From positions 1,072-61,374 of the forward strand of contig MFIE01000019.1 of NCBI GenBank assembly GCA_001778785.1: a stretch of DNA of 60,303 nucleotides, written 5' to 3'. Of the stretch, positions 45,206-54,319 are shown one piece after another. The notes under the pieces were generated by a model that was given only the letters and a program-made list of their open reading frames with translations, was not told where the DNA came from and did no database searches. The DNA comes from Candidatus Giovannonibacteria bacterium RIFCSPLOWO2_01_FULL_46_13. GTDB lineage: Bacteria > Patescibacteriota > Minisyncoccia > JACPKW01 > UBA11713. The position numbers and the translations under genes were made by a program. The stretch's first letter is position 1. The number at the start of each line of letters is the position of its first letter.

Positions 45206-45595
45206 CTAAGCGACTATTTTGAGAAGCTCAAATTTTGCGAAATCGCGGTGTCCAAGATGGCTCTTGGCTCCGAATCGCTTATCGCAATAGCTTTGGGTAA
45301 AGCTTGAGCTCGTCCCAATAAGCTTTGATCGCTCGATGCCCAGTTTGTAAGCCACCTCATCGCCCTTGTACGGCATGTCTAGCGAGTGATCCAGAAGAAC
45401 TTTATCCGGACCAAACTCGTTTACCATGGAGCAGATTTCTTCCAAAGTCTCAACATACTTGAAGTCGTTCCCTTCTTTTTGAAGCCGTAAACGGTTGCAG
45501 GGGACAAGCGCTAAAACTTCATGTCCTTCAGCCTTGAGTACCTCAAGCAGTCCAAATAGATCACCGATATCATCTTCAATAATTGCGATCTTCAT
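45206..45595 (-). CDS. Stand-alone receiver (CheY-like) domain protein, atypical
   Basis: MKIAIIEDD start and LLDHSL at the phospho-acceptor position. No output domain. Confidence 0.45.
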   Translation of the reverse strand: MKIAIIEDDIGDLFGLLEVLKAEGHEVLALVPCNRLRLQKEGNDFKYVETLEEICSMVNEFGPDKVLLDHSLDMPYKGDEVAYKLGIERSKLIGTSSSFTQSYCDKRFGAKSHLGHRDFAKFELLKIVA

Positions 45596-45744
45596 GTTTT
45601 TCTCCTTTTTTTGTGGAAGTCGTTATTTAAGGTTCCGCACTTTCTTAATCCCATCATAACAGGGAATCGTCAAGATGTCAATGATGAGTGGAATTGAATC
45701 CGCCAAAATAGCATGAAAAGCTTATACAATATAGATAAATTTCT

Positions 45745-45774
45745 GTTGAAACAAATTCAACAACATGCTAATAT
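45745..45774 (+). promoter_or_regulatory. Promoter with an overlapping inverted repeat upstream of the TrmB-like gene
   Basis: TTGAAA (45746-45751), 17 nt, TAATAT (45769-45774). Inverted repeat GTTGAA-ACAAA-TTCAAC at 45745-45761. The ATG is only 6 nt after the -10 element. Confidence 0.5.
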
Positions 45775-45780
45775 GAAGTC

Positions 45781-46560
45781 ATGATTAATCAGATTCTTTT
45801 GGAATTAGGCCTAAATGAAAAGGAGATCGAAGTCTATTTAGAGGTCCTGAAGCGAGGTAAGGCTCTCCCGACCAATATCGCCCAGGCGACTGGGATCAAT
45901 CGAGCTACTGTATATAGCGTTTCACAAAATCTTATGGAAAAGGGGCTTATCTTGGGTGATTTGACGGCTAAAACATTGGAACTAACCGCTTTACCCGCCT
46001 CAGAACTAAATAATTTAATCGAAAGAGAAGCGAGAAAATTGGAAGAAAAAAGAAAACTTGCTACCCAAGCTATCGAGGAGTTGTCGCAATTGCCGCTCAA
46101 TACTAAGTACTCGATACCGTCTATTAAATTCATAAAGGAAAATAATGTGGAGGAGTTTATGTACAAAAGAATTGAAGAATGGAACAAGAGCCTAAAGCGA
46201 ACAGATAAAATCTGGTGGGGGTTCCAAGACCATACATTTGTTGAGAATTTCAAAAAGTGGATGAGGGATTACTGGGAGCAAGAGAGCTCTCGCGGCATTA
46301 AAGTAAAACTATTGAGCAATATTTCCCAAATAGAAGCTACGATGGCAGAAGAAGCCTGGGAAGATCGTGAGATAAGGTTTTGGAAAAAAGAAGTTAAATT
46401 CACCTCGACTTTGTGGATCGTAGGCGAATACATTGTCATGGTTTATACCAAGGACAAGCCGTTCTATTTGGTTGAAATAAACAACTATGTCATGTCCCAA
46501 AATTTACGCGAAGTGTTTAAAAATATTTGGGATGAGGTTGGAGGTGAGGCGACTAGATAG
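45781..46560 (+). CDS. TrmB-family transcriptional regulator
   Basis: N-terminal wHTH LGLNEKEIEVYLEVLKRGKALPTNIAQATGINRATVYSVSQNLMEKGLI. Confidence 0.7.
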   Translation: MINQILLELGLNEKEIEVYLEVLKRGKALPTNIAQATGINRATVYSVSQNLMEKGLILGDLTAKTLELTALPASELNNLIEREARKLEEKRKLATQAIEELSQLPLNTKYSIPSIKFIKENNVEEFMYKRIEEWNKSLKRTDKIWWGFQDHTFVENFKKWMRDYWEQESSRGIKVKLLSNISQIEATMAEEAWEDREIRFWKKEVKFTSTLWIVGEYIVMVYTKDKPFYLVEINNYVMSQNLREVFKNIWDEVGGEATR

Positions 46561-46591
46561 AAACCATGAAAACGGCTATAATCTAATATCT

Positions 46592-47359
46592 ATGAACGTG
46601 AACTGGATCGGGTTACAAACATTTGTTATGCAAGAGCTTTTGCGGATAAAGCGCGTTTGGATACAGACGCTTGTTACACCGTGGATTTCGGCCCTGCTCT
46701 ATATTTTAATTTTCGGGCAGATTGTTGGGCGGAGGATCGGGATGATAAGCGGTGTTACTTATATCGATTTCGTTGTGCCGGGGCTCCTGATGTTGAATGT
46801 CATGCAATCTGCTTTCGGGCATTCTTCCTCCTCGCTTTATTTCCAGCGCTTTGCGCGGCATATCGAGGAAATTTTAACCGCGCCACTTTCGTACATGGAA
46901 ATAATCATCGGGTATGTGACTGGAGCCGTGGTGCGCGGGCTCTCGGTTGCCGCTGGAGTGTACGTTATCGCGCTTTTCTTTACGGTAACGACCGTCGAGC
47001 ATCTTTTCCTTTTCGTTTTTTATACGATTTCCGTGGCGCTGATCTTTTCTCTCCTGGGCCTTCTTGTCGGGCTCTGGTCCGAGGGCTTCGAGCAGTTAAC
47101 AATCCCGCAGACGTTTATAATCATGCCCCTAACTTTCTTGGGCGGGCTTTTTACATCTATCCATATGTTTCCGGAAAATATGCAATGGTTTGTGCGCATA
47201 AATCCGTTTTTCTATTTCGTTGACGGCCTCCGCTATTCGATGATAGGCGTATCCGAATCCAACCAAACAATCGGGCTTATCCTGATAATTGGCCTTGTTG
47301 TGGGGCTCGGCTTCTGGGTCTGGTATTTATTCAAAACTGGATATAAAATAAGAACCTGA
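46592..47359 (+). CDS. ABC-2 type transporter permease
   Basis: Start moved to the internal ATG (MNVNWIGLQTF...). Six TM helices. Typical ABC-2 length. Confidence 0.8.
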   Translation: MNVNWIGLQTFVMQELLRIKRVWIQTLVTPWISALLYILIFGQIVGRRIGMISGVTYIDFVVPGLLMLNVMQSAFGHSSSSLYFQRFARHIEEILTAPLSYMEIIIGYVTGAVVRGLSVAAGVYVIALFFTVTTVEHLFLFVFYTISVALIFSLLGLLVGLWSEGFEQLTIPQTFIIMPLTFLGGLFTSIHMFPENMQWFVRINPFFYFVDGLRYSMIGVSESNQTIGLILIIGLVVGLGFWVWYLFKTGYKIRT

Positions 47360-47401
47360 GCAAAGGTCGTTTTTATTAAGTTTAATTTAATCTAAAATTT
47401 T

Positions 47402-47590
47402 ATGGCGCAGCGCAAAGCGGCAGATTGCAGATTGTTTCCGAGCGAGAAGAATTGTTCGCTTTATATTTCCGGGACAGAGGACGAGGTGATGGACGCATCT
47501 ATCCAACACGCGGTTTCGGCGCATGGACACCAGGATACTCCGGAACTTCGCAAGGAACTTCAGGAGTTTCTCAAAGACGCAAGCGACTAG
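47402..47590 (+). CDS. DUF1059-family small protein
   Basis: 62 aa with C...CSLYISGTEDEVMDASIQHAVSAHGH, matching the DUF1059 pattern. Confidence 0.65.
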   Translation: MAQRKAADCRLFPSEKNCSLYISGTEDEVMDASIQHAVSAHGHQDTPELRKELQEFLKDASD

Positions 47591-47623
47591 TAAAAACACC
47601 TCCCGGGAAACTTCGGGAGGCAT

Positions 47624-47695
47624 GCGGCTGTCGTATAGTGGCTATTATGGCTGCCTTCCAAGCAGCAGATGCGGGTTCGACTCCCGCCAGCCGCA
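47624..47695 (+). tRNA. tRNA-Gly (anticodon TCC)
   Basis: Acceptor GCGGCTG/CAGCCGC, anticodon stem GCTGC/GCAGC with loop CTTCCAA, T arm GCGGG-TTCGACT-CCCGC. Confidence 0.88.
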
Positions 47696-47705
47696 CAAAT
47701 TTTAC

Positions 47706-47744
47706 AAAACCAGCTCCGGCATTGCGCCGGAGCTGGTTTTGTCT
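47706..47744 (+). terminator. Rho-independent terminator after tRNA-Gly
   Basis: CCAGCTCCGGC-ATTGC-GCCGGAGCTGG followed by TTTTGTCTT. Confidence 0.7.
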
Positions 47745-47863
47745 TAGGCTTGGTTTAAAATCTGTTTCATTGAAAGGGGAAAGCTTCATGAATGGAGTGA
47801 TTTGGATCTTCGCCGTGGCTTTGGAAATCCCATTGGCTGGATATGATTAACTCACAAAACCCG

Positions 47864-47893
47864 AAAGGCGGTCCGTAAGGACCGCCTTTTTTT
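47864..47893. terminator. Bidirectional terminator
   Basis: AAAGGCGGTCC-GTAA-GGACCGCCTTTTTTT, with an A-run on the 5' side. Confidence 0.7.
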
Positions 47894-47896
47894 GTT

Positions 47897-48655
47897 TCAC
47901 TGTTTTGCTAACGTCCAAAGAGTTTCAAAAAATCCGGCGTAACTTTTTGTTACCAACGGATTCCAAATTGTAAAATGCGTCACGGGTTCGGAGAAAATAT
48001 TAAACGCGAGCGCGTCAGGCCAGATGTTTGTATTAACTTCTGCTGTAAATAATCCCGGCAGATACCTTACTTCAAATAATTCTCTTTTTCCGTGCACGCT
48101 TTCCATTGCCTCCCTCTGTCCTTCTGACCCGATGTATCTCATTTTAATTCCTCGCTCGATTTGTCTTTTTGTATAATCTTTTAATCTCACCCCCATCGTC
48201 TCATTGAATTTATCTCCTGTCCCACCGATGATCAAAACTTCACATTTTTCTTTTGCATACTCGAGCATATCGAATTCGTGCGCGACGTATGATTCCTTCC
48301 CCTGAAAGACTTCGAAATGCTGTTCCAGCGGCAAGACAATTATCTCATTTAACTTAGTAACCAAATTTTCCGCGAGTATTTTTTTCTCCTCGGCCAAGCG
48401 CGAGAGCATATTTGGATTTTTTGCCGTGAATTTTTTACGACCCCTTTTGATTACATGCTGAACTAGTCCCCGCCGTTCCAATTTATCGAGCGATTGATAT
48501 ACGTACTGCCCGTGCAGGTCGGTGTCTTTGATGATCTTGGAGCTCCCGACCTCGCCCAATAGAAGGAGAGACATGTAGACCCGCGCCTCCTTAAGGTCCA
48601 TCCCAAGGCTCAAAAGCCCGTCCAAAACCTCATCTTTTTGATTTTTATCAAACAT
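47897..48655 (-). CDS. Second TrmB-family transcriptional regulator
   Basis: wHTH LGMDLKEARVYMSLLLLGEVGSSKIIKDTDLHGQYVYQSLDKLERRGLV. Confidence 0.7.
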   Translation of the reverse strand: MFDKNQKDEVLDGLLSLGMDLKEARVYMSLLLLGEVGSSKIIKDTDLHGQYVYQSLDKLERRGLVQHVIKRGRKKFTAKNPNMLSRLAEEKKILAENLVTKLNEIIVLPLEQHFEVFQGKESYVAHEFDMLEYAKEKCEVLIIGGTGDKFNETMGVRLKDYTKRQIERGIKMRYIGSEGQREAMESVHGKRELFEVRYLPGLFTAEVNTNIWPDALAFNIFSEPVTHFTIWNPLVTKSYAGFFETLWTLAKQ

Positions 48656-48724
48656 TTTTGATAACTATTAGATAATCTCTTGTTTTATATACTTATTCTA
48701 TCATATTTTCATCATCAAGAATCA

Positions 48725-48753
48725 TTGACAAGATATCCAAGCCGTGGTATGCT
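48725..48753 (+). promoter_or_regulatory. Sigma70-like promoter sharing TTGACAAGATAT with the island promoters
   Basis: TTGACA (48725-48730), 17 nt, TATGCT (48748-48753), with TGG immediately upstream of the -10. Confidence 0.5.
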
Positions 48754-48825
48754 TTATACAAGATGAACATTGAGATTTGATCCATAAGCCCTGACCGCAA
48801 GGCAGGCAGGATTAAGGAGATACTA

Positions 48826-49212
48826 ATGTCAGCTTTAACTCAATTTCGTTCTATCGAAAAAGAACTGCAAGTTGCCTGCGGTAAAAACTACGGAAGTGAT
48901 TTTCGTCACTGCATTATCTGCGGGCGATTAGTTAAAGAACACAACCAGATGCATTTCGCAGATTCTCCTCTCTTTGAAATTGATAGAGTTCTGGGAAATA
49001 ACCAAATTTCTCAAGGAAAACTCCTCCAAGCTTTGAAAGCGAGGGGTAATGGAGAAGCCTTGAGAATATTCCGCTCTGGATACTATCCTCGGGATCCTTC
49101 CGGATATCTCGGCGGACATCTTGTTGCAGGAAGGATTGACATGGATAACCCAACAACTCTTGAAGAAGTACTCGATGCAATATGCGATATCATCGAGAGC
49201 CGTAACCGTTAG
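48826..49212 (+). CDS. Hypothetical protein
   Basis: 128-aa ORF with a strong SD (TAAGGAGA) 6 nt upstream. No recognisable motif apart from a CIICG...H cluster. Confidence 0.55.
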   Translation: MSALTQFRSIEKELQVACGKNYGSDFRHCIICGRLVKEHNQMHFADSPLFEIDRVLGNNQISQGKLLQALKARGNGEALRIFRSGYYPRDPSGYLGGHLVAGRIDMDNPTTLEEVLDAICDIIESRNR

Positions 49213-49280
49213 GCTTAAAACGAGCGGAAAATATAATAAAAACCCTTACGATTTATCGTCGGGGTTTTTTATTGTAAACG

Positions 49281-49311
49281 AAAAGCTCTCCGATTTGATC
49301 GGAGAGCTTTT
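49281..49311. terminator. Bidirectional terminator between the hypothetical gene and hup
   Basis: AAAAGCTCTCCGAT-TTG-ATCGGAGAGCTTTT, a perfect 14-bp stem. Confidence 0.75.
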
Positions 49312-49329
49312 CTAATATCTGTCGTAATC

Positions 49330-49617
49330 TTATCGAACCGCGTCTTTTAAGCCTTTGCCCGGTTTGAATTTCGGGACTTTCATCGCTGGGACGTTTACGG
49401 CCTCTCCGGTCTTCGGGTTGCGGGCTGTTCTCGCTTTGCGGTGTTTAACCACAAATGAGCCGAATCCCGCTATCGATACCTCGTCGCCTCTCTTCATCGT
49501 GTCCGCGATTGTGTCGAAAACAAAATCTACGACCTCTTCTGCGTGCTTCTTGGAAACCTCAACTCCCTTCTTGGAGTGCAGGTCCCATACTTTTTGAGCT
49601 AAGTCTGCTTTATTCAT
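49330..49617 (-). CDS. hup: HU/IHF-family DNA-binding protein
   Basis: MNKADLAQKV...GFGSFVVKHRKARTARNPKTGEAVNVPA. Confidence 0.9.
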   Translation of the reverse strand: MNKADLAQKVWDLHSKKGVEVSKKHAEEVVDFVFDTIADTMKRGDEVSIAGFGSFVVKHRKARTARNPKTGEAVNVPAMKVPKFKPGKGLKDAVR

Positions 49618-49694
49618 TTGAAACTAAATAATTGCTAGCAAACGACCTTTTATACGGGTATAAAAAGGATTATATCACAAGGAATTTTCGTCAA

Positions 49695-51224
49695 CTACCT
49701 TGCGTATTCCACAACCCTGTTTTCGCGTATTACGTTCACTTTTATCTCTCCTGGGTATTTCAATTCCTGTTCGATGCGGTTTGCGATATCCCGGGCGAGG
49801 TTTTTCATCTCTAGGTCAGAAATTTTCTCTGGCGTCACAAAAACCCTTATTTCTCGGCCTGCTTGGATAGCATAAGCCTTATCAACGACCGGGAAGGAAC
49901 TCGCGATGCGTTCCAAATCCTCAAGCCTCTTTAGGTAATTTTCTACTGAATCGCGCCTGGCGCCAGGGCGGGAAGCGGAAATTGCGTCCGCGGTTTGCAC
50001 AATTATGGATTCCAGTGTCTCGTATGGGTACTCCTCGTGGTGGGATTGCATGGCCTGTACCACTTTATTGTCCACATTGAACTTCTGGAGGATCCTGCGG
50101 CCAATTTCGACGTGGGTTCCCTGGATTTCATGGTCGACGGCCTTGCCGATGTCGTGCAGTAAGGCGCCTTTCTTCGCGACTGCAACATCCCCGCCCAATT
50201 CAGAGGCGAGCATTCCGGAAACGTGGGCCATTTCTATCGAATGCTGAAGGACGTTTTGTCCGTATGACGTTCGGAATTTCAAGCGGCCCAAAAGCATGGA
50301 GAGGCGAGGGTCGATGTCGAAGACCCCAACTTCGAAGGCGGCCTTTTCTCCGGCGTCTTTGATCATTTTTTCAACTTCGTTCTTGGCTTTATCTACCGTC
50401 TCCTCGATTTTCGCGGGTTGGATCCTTCCATCCAGGATCAAATTCTCTAAAGCGATTCGGGCGATCTGCCTTCGGACCGGGTCGAAACTCGAAATGATGA
50501 CCGATCCCGGAGTATCGTCTACGATGACCTCCACTCCTGCGGCGCGTTCAAGGGCGCGGATGTTCCTCCCTTCTTTCCCGATTATTTTTCCCTTGATGTC
50601 GTCCGAAGGAATATTTACAGACGTCGTCGTTACGTCCGAAGCGGTCGAAGAGGCGATGCGCTGGATGACGGTCGCCAAAATATCCCGGGCTTTTTGCTCG
50701 AGTTTATCCTGCCCGAAGATTTCTACTTTCTGTATCCTCGCAAGCACGTCCGTTTCATATTTTTTCTCTACGGAATCGAGAAGCGCCTTTTTGGCTTCTT
50801 CTTCGGAGAGGTTTGCGATCTTTTGCAGCTCCTCCCGTTTTTTAGCCTCGATGTTTTCCGCTTCCTCCCTTATTTTCTTTATTTCCTCGGCTTTTTTCTT
50901 GAGGCTTTCTATTTCCTCATCAAAAGTCTTCCTTCGTTTTTCGAGGGCCTCATCTTTCTCTAGGACTTTTTCTTCTAATTTTCTTAGCTGATTTTCGCGC
51001 TCCTTCGTCTCTTTTCGGGACTCTTCTAGTACGCCCTCGGCTTTCTTTTTCGCCTCCTCTACGGTACCAGCTGCTTGATCTTTAGCATCGAGCAGGATTC
51101 TTTTTATCTGGACTTCGAGAGAATTTTTGCGATACTGCGCAATTACTTGGCGAAGTACATAGCCGACTGCCGTTCCGACAATTAACGATACGAGCGCCAC
51201 CAGCAATGGTGACGTTAAAATCAT
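49695..51224 (-). CDS. rny: Ribonuclease Y
   Basis: N-terminal TM helix, coiled coil, KH (GKIIGKEGRNIRALE), and HD (LLHDIGKAVDHE). Confidence 0.9.
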   Translation of the reverse strand: MILTSPLLVALVSLIVGTAVGYVLRQVIAQYRKNSLEVQIKRILLDAKDQAAGTVEEAKKKAEGVLEESRKETKERENQLRKLEEKVLEKDEALEKRRKTFDEEIESLKKKAEEIKKIREEAENIEAKKREELQKIANLSEEEAKKALLDSVEKKYETDVLARIQKVEIFGQDKLEQKARDILATVIQRIASSTASDVTTTSVNIPSDDIKGKIIGKEGRNIRALERAAGVEVIVDDTPGSVIISSFDPVRRQIARIALENLILDGRIQPAKIEETVDKAKNEVEKMIKDAGEKAAFEVGVFDIDPRLSMLLGRLKFRTSYGQNVLQHSIEMAHVSGMLASELGGDVAVAKKGALLHDIGKAVDHEIQGTHVEIGRRILQKFNVDNKVVQAMQSHHEEYPYETLESIIVQTADAISASRPGARRDSVENYLKRLEDLERIASSFPVVDKAYAIQAGREIRVFVTPEKISDLEMKNLARDIANRIEQELKYPGEIKVNVIRENRVVEYAR

Positions 51225-51310
51225 AGTAATTTATCTCTTTTAATTGGGTCTCCAAATTAAATGCAAAAGGAATAATAACCAAATAGTAACAGAGGTGTTA
51301 CAATAAAGCA

Positions 51311-52867
51311 ATGGTTGTGCTTATTATTTTGGATGGGTTCGGGGTTTCACAGGATCCGGAATCGACCTTCTGGGTCGCGCGAAGAAATAACTTCGAACGC
51401 TTCGAAAAGTCCTACCCATTTACCACCCTTCAGGCCTCCGGCATCGCCGTGGGGCTCGCTTGGGGAGAGGAAGGCAATTCTGAAGTTGGCCACTTAATTT
51501 TGGGCGCGGGAAAAACCATCTACCACCACCTTCCGCGAATTTCCATCGCGATCCAGGACGGGACATTTTTCAAAAACGAATCTTTCAAGAAAGTTTCGGC
51601 TAAAATCAAAGAGAATAACGGCGCCTTGCACTTGATGGGCCTTTTTTCTTCGGGCTCGGTGCACGCCTACCCGGACCATCTGTATGCGCTTTTAGAATTT
51701 GCCAAGCGGGAAAATTTAAATAAAGTTTATCTGCATCTTATTACGGACGGCCGCGACGCGCCTTCGAGGGAAGCCAAGAATTTTGTCGCCTCGCTCGAGG
51801 AACGCATTTCCAAAGTTTATCCCTTCGCCAAAATCGCCTCTATCGTCGGGCGGGATTACGCCATGGACCGCGACAACGATTGGGACAAGATCGGAAAAAC
51901 TTACAATCTTTTTGTAAAAGGGGAGGGAAATAAATTCGAATCAGCTTCGAAATATTTGGATGAAGAATATAAAAAAGAAATCACGGACGAATTTATCGAG
52001 CCGGGGTACGACGGAAGCGAAGAGTCCCGGATAAAAAACGGGGACGGCGCCATCTTTTTTAATTTTCGGGAAGACTCCGCGCGAGAACTTACGCAGGCGT
52101 TCACGCTCCCGAGCTTTGATAAATTCCCGCGCGAGAAGTTGTCCGATTTGTTTTTTGTAACCATGACGGAGTACGAAGCGCGCTCGCCGGCCTTGGCCGC
52201 TTTCGGCCCCTTGGATGCGTTTACCCCTTTTGCAAAAGTCCTCTCGGACAATAATATTAAACAATTCCACATCGCGGAGACGGATAAATACGCGCACGTC
52301 ACATATTTTTTCAACGGCGGGAACGAAAGCCCTTTTCCGGGGGAAGACCGCTTTTTGGCGCCCTCTTTGCCGAGCTCGCATTACGACCGGACCCCCGAAA
52401 TGTCCGCGCGGAAGATTACGGAGGAAGTCTTGAGGCGTCTCGACGACTACCAATTTATACTTATAAATTTCGCCAACGCCGATATGGTCGGGCATACCGG
52501 AAGTTTTGAAGCGACGGTAAAAGCGCTCGAGACTTTAAACGACGAGGTCGGAAAAATCGTCGACCAAGTTTTGGAAAAAGGCGGGACGGTACTTATAACC
52601 GGGGACCACGGCAACGCCGAAGAAAAACGGTACCGCGTTACGGGTGAGAAAAAAACCAAACACAGCTTGAACCCCGTGCCGCTTTTCCTGCTCGACAAGA
52701 AATTCGAACGGGACAGGCCGCGCGAGAAAGAAGAAATTTTGAAAGACTACGCCAAGGTCGGCGGAGTCATCTCGGACGTCGCGCCAACGATTTTGGAATT
52801 GATGAAGATCCCCAAACCACCGGACATGACCGGCATCTCCCTCCTAGAAAAAATTACCAAGAGATAA
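51311..52867 (+). CDS. gpmI: 2,3-bisphosphoglycerate-independent phosphoglycerate mutase
   Basis: ILDGFG, GNSEVGHL, ITDGRD, NFANADMVGHTG, and TGDHGNAE. Confidence 0.9.
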   Translation: MVVLIILDGFGVSQDPESTFWVARRNNFERFEKSYPFTTLQASGIAVGLAWGEEGNSEVGHLILGAGKTIYHHLPRISIAIQDGTFFKNESFKKVSAKIKENNGALHLMGLFSSGSVHAYPDHLYALLEFAKRENLNKVYLHLITDGRDAPSREAKNFVASLEERISKVYPFAKIASIVGRDYAMDRDNDWDKIGKTYNLFVKGEGNKFESASKYLDEEYKKEITDEFIEPGYDGSEESRIKNGDGAIFFNFREDSARELTQAFTLPSFDKFPREKLSDLFFVTMTEYEARSPALAAFGPLDAFTPFAKVLSDNNIKQFHIAETDKYAHVTYFFNGGNESPFPGEDRFLAPSLPSSHYDRTPEMSARKITEEVLRRLDDYQFILINFANADMVGHTGSFEATVKALETLNDEVGKIVDQVLEKGGTVLITGDHGNAEEKRYRVTGEKKTKHSLNPVPLFLLDKKFERDRPREKEEILKDYAKVGGVISDVAPTILELMKIPKPPDMTGISLLEKITKR

Positions 52868-52875
52868 GAGAGAGT

Positions 52876-53097
52876 TTATTTAAAATATTCCTCGGTGAGT
52901 TGAGATTGGCGCAAGATCGAGCGGAATGTTCCGACAGGTATTTCTTTTCGATTTGCTGGGACGATGACAGTTAAATTCTTCTTTCGAAATTTAACATGGC
53001 TTCCACGCTGTGAAATATAAAGAAAGCCCTCCCGCTGAAGGACTTTTGTTATATGATTTGATGAATAAAGTTTAGGCACGGCTAATCGAAAATTCAA
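52876..53097 (-). CDS. hicA: HicA-family toxin
   Basis: GSHVKFRKKN...VPANRKEIPVGTFRSILRQ. A GTG at 53079 (VPKLYSS...) is a plausible alternative start, 8 nt into hicB. Confidence 0.75.
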   Translation of the reverse strand: MNFRLAVPKLYSSNHITKVLQREGFLYISQRGSHVKFRKKNLTVIVPANRKEIPVGTFRSILRQSQLTEEYFK

Positions 53098-53302
53098 CCA
53101 ATTCAGGTTTTATCACTTTCGTTATGTGTTCCCTTGGTTTGGCGTCTTCGAAATATAATTCGAGGGCCTCATTTAAATTTGCGAGAGCTTCCTTTTTTGT
53201 TTTACCAAAGCTGGAAATATCAACATTAAGACACTGGGCAACGTACTGTTTGCCTTCTTTCCAAACCACAGATTTAAATCCGGAGATTTTCATATGTTTC
53301 AT
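53072..53302 (-). CDS. hicB: HicB-family antitoxin
   Basis: Start trimmed to MKHMKISGF. WKEGKQYVAQCLNVDISSFGKTKKEALANLNEALELYFE matches the HicB/UPF0150 pattern. Confidence 0.65.
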   Translation of the reverse strand: MKHMKISGFKSVVWKEGKQYVAQCLNVDISSFGKTKKEALANLNEALELYFEDAKPREHITKVIKPELVEFSISRA

Positions 53303-53362
53303 TATATAGTGAAGACGCAGCCGGGGCAAATTAATTTCCAAATCAGCCAGAGGCATAAAAAT

Positions 53363-53464
53363 AAAAAACCGGAAGTAGGAGGGGTCTTGGGCACGAGGCC
53401 ATCATCCCCGGAGGGGGCCCCCAAAAGGAGGGATTGGGGGGACTCCTCCTACTTCCGGTTTTTT
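53363..53464. terminator. Long inverted repeat (about 18 bp plus A/T runs) enclosing a roughly 60-nt GC-rich insert, downstream of clpP
   Basis: Left arm AAAAAACCGGAAGTAGGAGGGGTC pairs with right arm GACTCCTCCTACTTCCGGTTTTTT (one G:U). The loop contains GGGGGCCCCC and CCCC/GGGG runs. Confidence 0.5.
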
Positions 53465-53471
53465 ATTTAAA

Positions 53472-54107
53472 TTATCTTTTCTTTTTTTCGTCCAGTGAAA
53501 TAAATCCGTTCTTTGTTTTTATTATCTGGTCGACTATCCCGTATATTTTCCCTTCGTTCGCGTCCATGTAAAAATCGCGGTCGGTATCTTTCTCGATTTT
53601 AGAAAGAGGCTGGTTGGTGTGCCGGGAGAGGATGTGGTTAACTTTGTCTTTGATGTGCAGGATGTGGTCCGAGGTAATTTTCAAATCCGAAGCTTGTCCT
53701 TCCATCGCGCCAAAAACTTGGTGGATCATTATTTCCGCATTCGGCAGGGCCAATCTTTTTCCTCTCATTCCAGAAGCCAAGAGGACGGCGGCGGCGGAGG
53801 CGGCGAAACCGACGCAGATCGTGGAGACGTCCGGTTTCACATATTGCATTGCGTCATAAATCGCAAGAGCCGAAGAGACGGAGCCTCCCGGGGAATTTAT
53901 ATATAGGTTGATGTCTTTTTTCGGGTCTTCGTGCTGTAAAAACAGGAGCTGGGCGATGACGGTGTTGGCGACGGCGTCGTTTATGGGCCCGCCCAAGAAA
54001 ATGATGCGTTCTTTTAGTAATCTCGAATAAATGTCGTACGCCCGTTCCCCGAAACTGGTCTTTTCGATGACGGTCGGTATCAAAACTTGGTTATATTCGT
54101 CGTTCAT
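53472..54107 (-). CDS. clpP: ATP-dependent Clp protease proteolytic subunit
   Basis: [26 protein letters not shown] (Ser), IMIHQ (His), and DTDRDFYM (Asp). Confidence 0.95.
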   Translation of the reverse strand: MNDEYNQVLIPTVIEKTSFGERAYDIYSRLLKERIIFLGGPINDAVANTVIAQLLFLQHEDPKKDINLYINSPGGSVSSALAIYDAMQYVKPDVSTICVGFAASAAAVLLASGMRGKRLALPNAEIMIHQVFGAMEGQASDLKITSDHILHIKDKVNHILSRHTNQPLSKIEKDTDRDFYMDANEGKIYGIVDQIIKTKNGFISLDEKKKR

Positions 54108-54195
54108 TGGAGTAAAGTGTAATTTATACGGGGACTAAAGTCAATTGTCCAAAAACCCCTTATTTTATAGCCTATTTTAGGCAATCAAATAGTCA

Positions 54196-54238
54196 ATCTT
54201 GTCTATCTCTTGACAAGATATGGTATCCATGCTATACT
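54196..54238 (+). promoter_or_regulatory. Island promoter P1 with an overlapping inverted-repeat operator
   Basis: TTGACA (54210-54215), 17 nt, TATACT (54233-54238). Inverted repeat ATCTTGTC (54196-54203) / GACAAGAT (54212-54219). Confidence 0.55.
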
Positions 54239-54284
54239 AGGAAAATAAGGTGAGCGAAGGGCAGAGGGGAGTGAAACGGGGTAC

Positions 54285-54313
54285 TTGACAAGAATTAACC
54301 ACGGTGGTATAAT
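54285..54313 (+). promoter_or_regulatory. Island promoter P2, perfect consensus with extended -10
   Basis: TTGACA (54285-54290), 17 nt, TGgTATAAT (54305-54313). Confidence 0.65.
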
Positions 54314-54319
54314 AGACAA

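Noticed and set aside
53363-53464. Possible SRP (4.5S) RNA because of its hairpin shape and a CCGGAAG string
   Set aside because: The CCGGAAG lies in the basal stem, not at an apical GNAR loop. The conserved symmetric and asymmetric loop sequences are absent.
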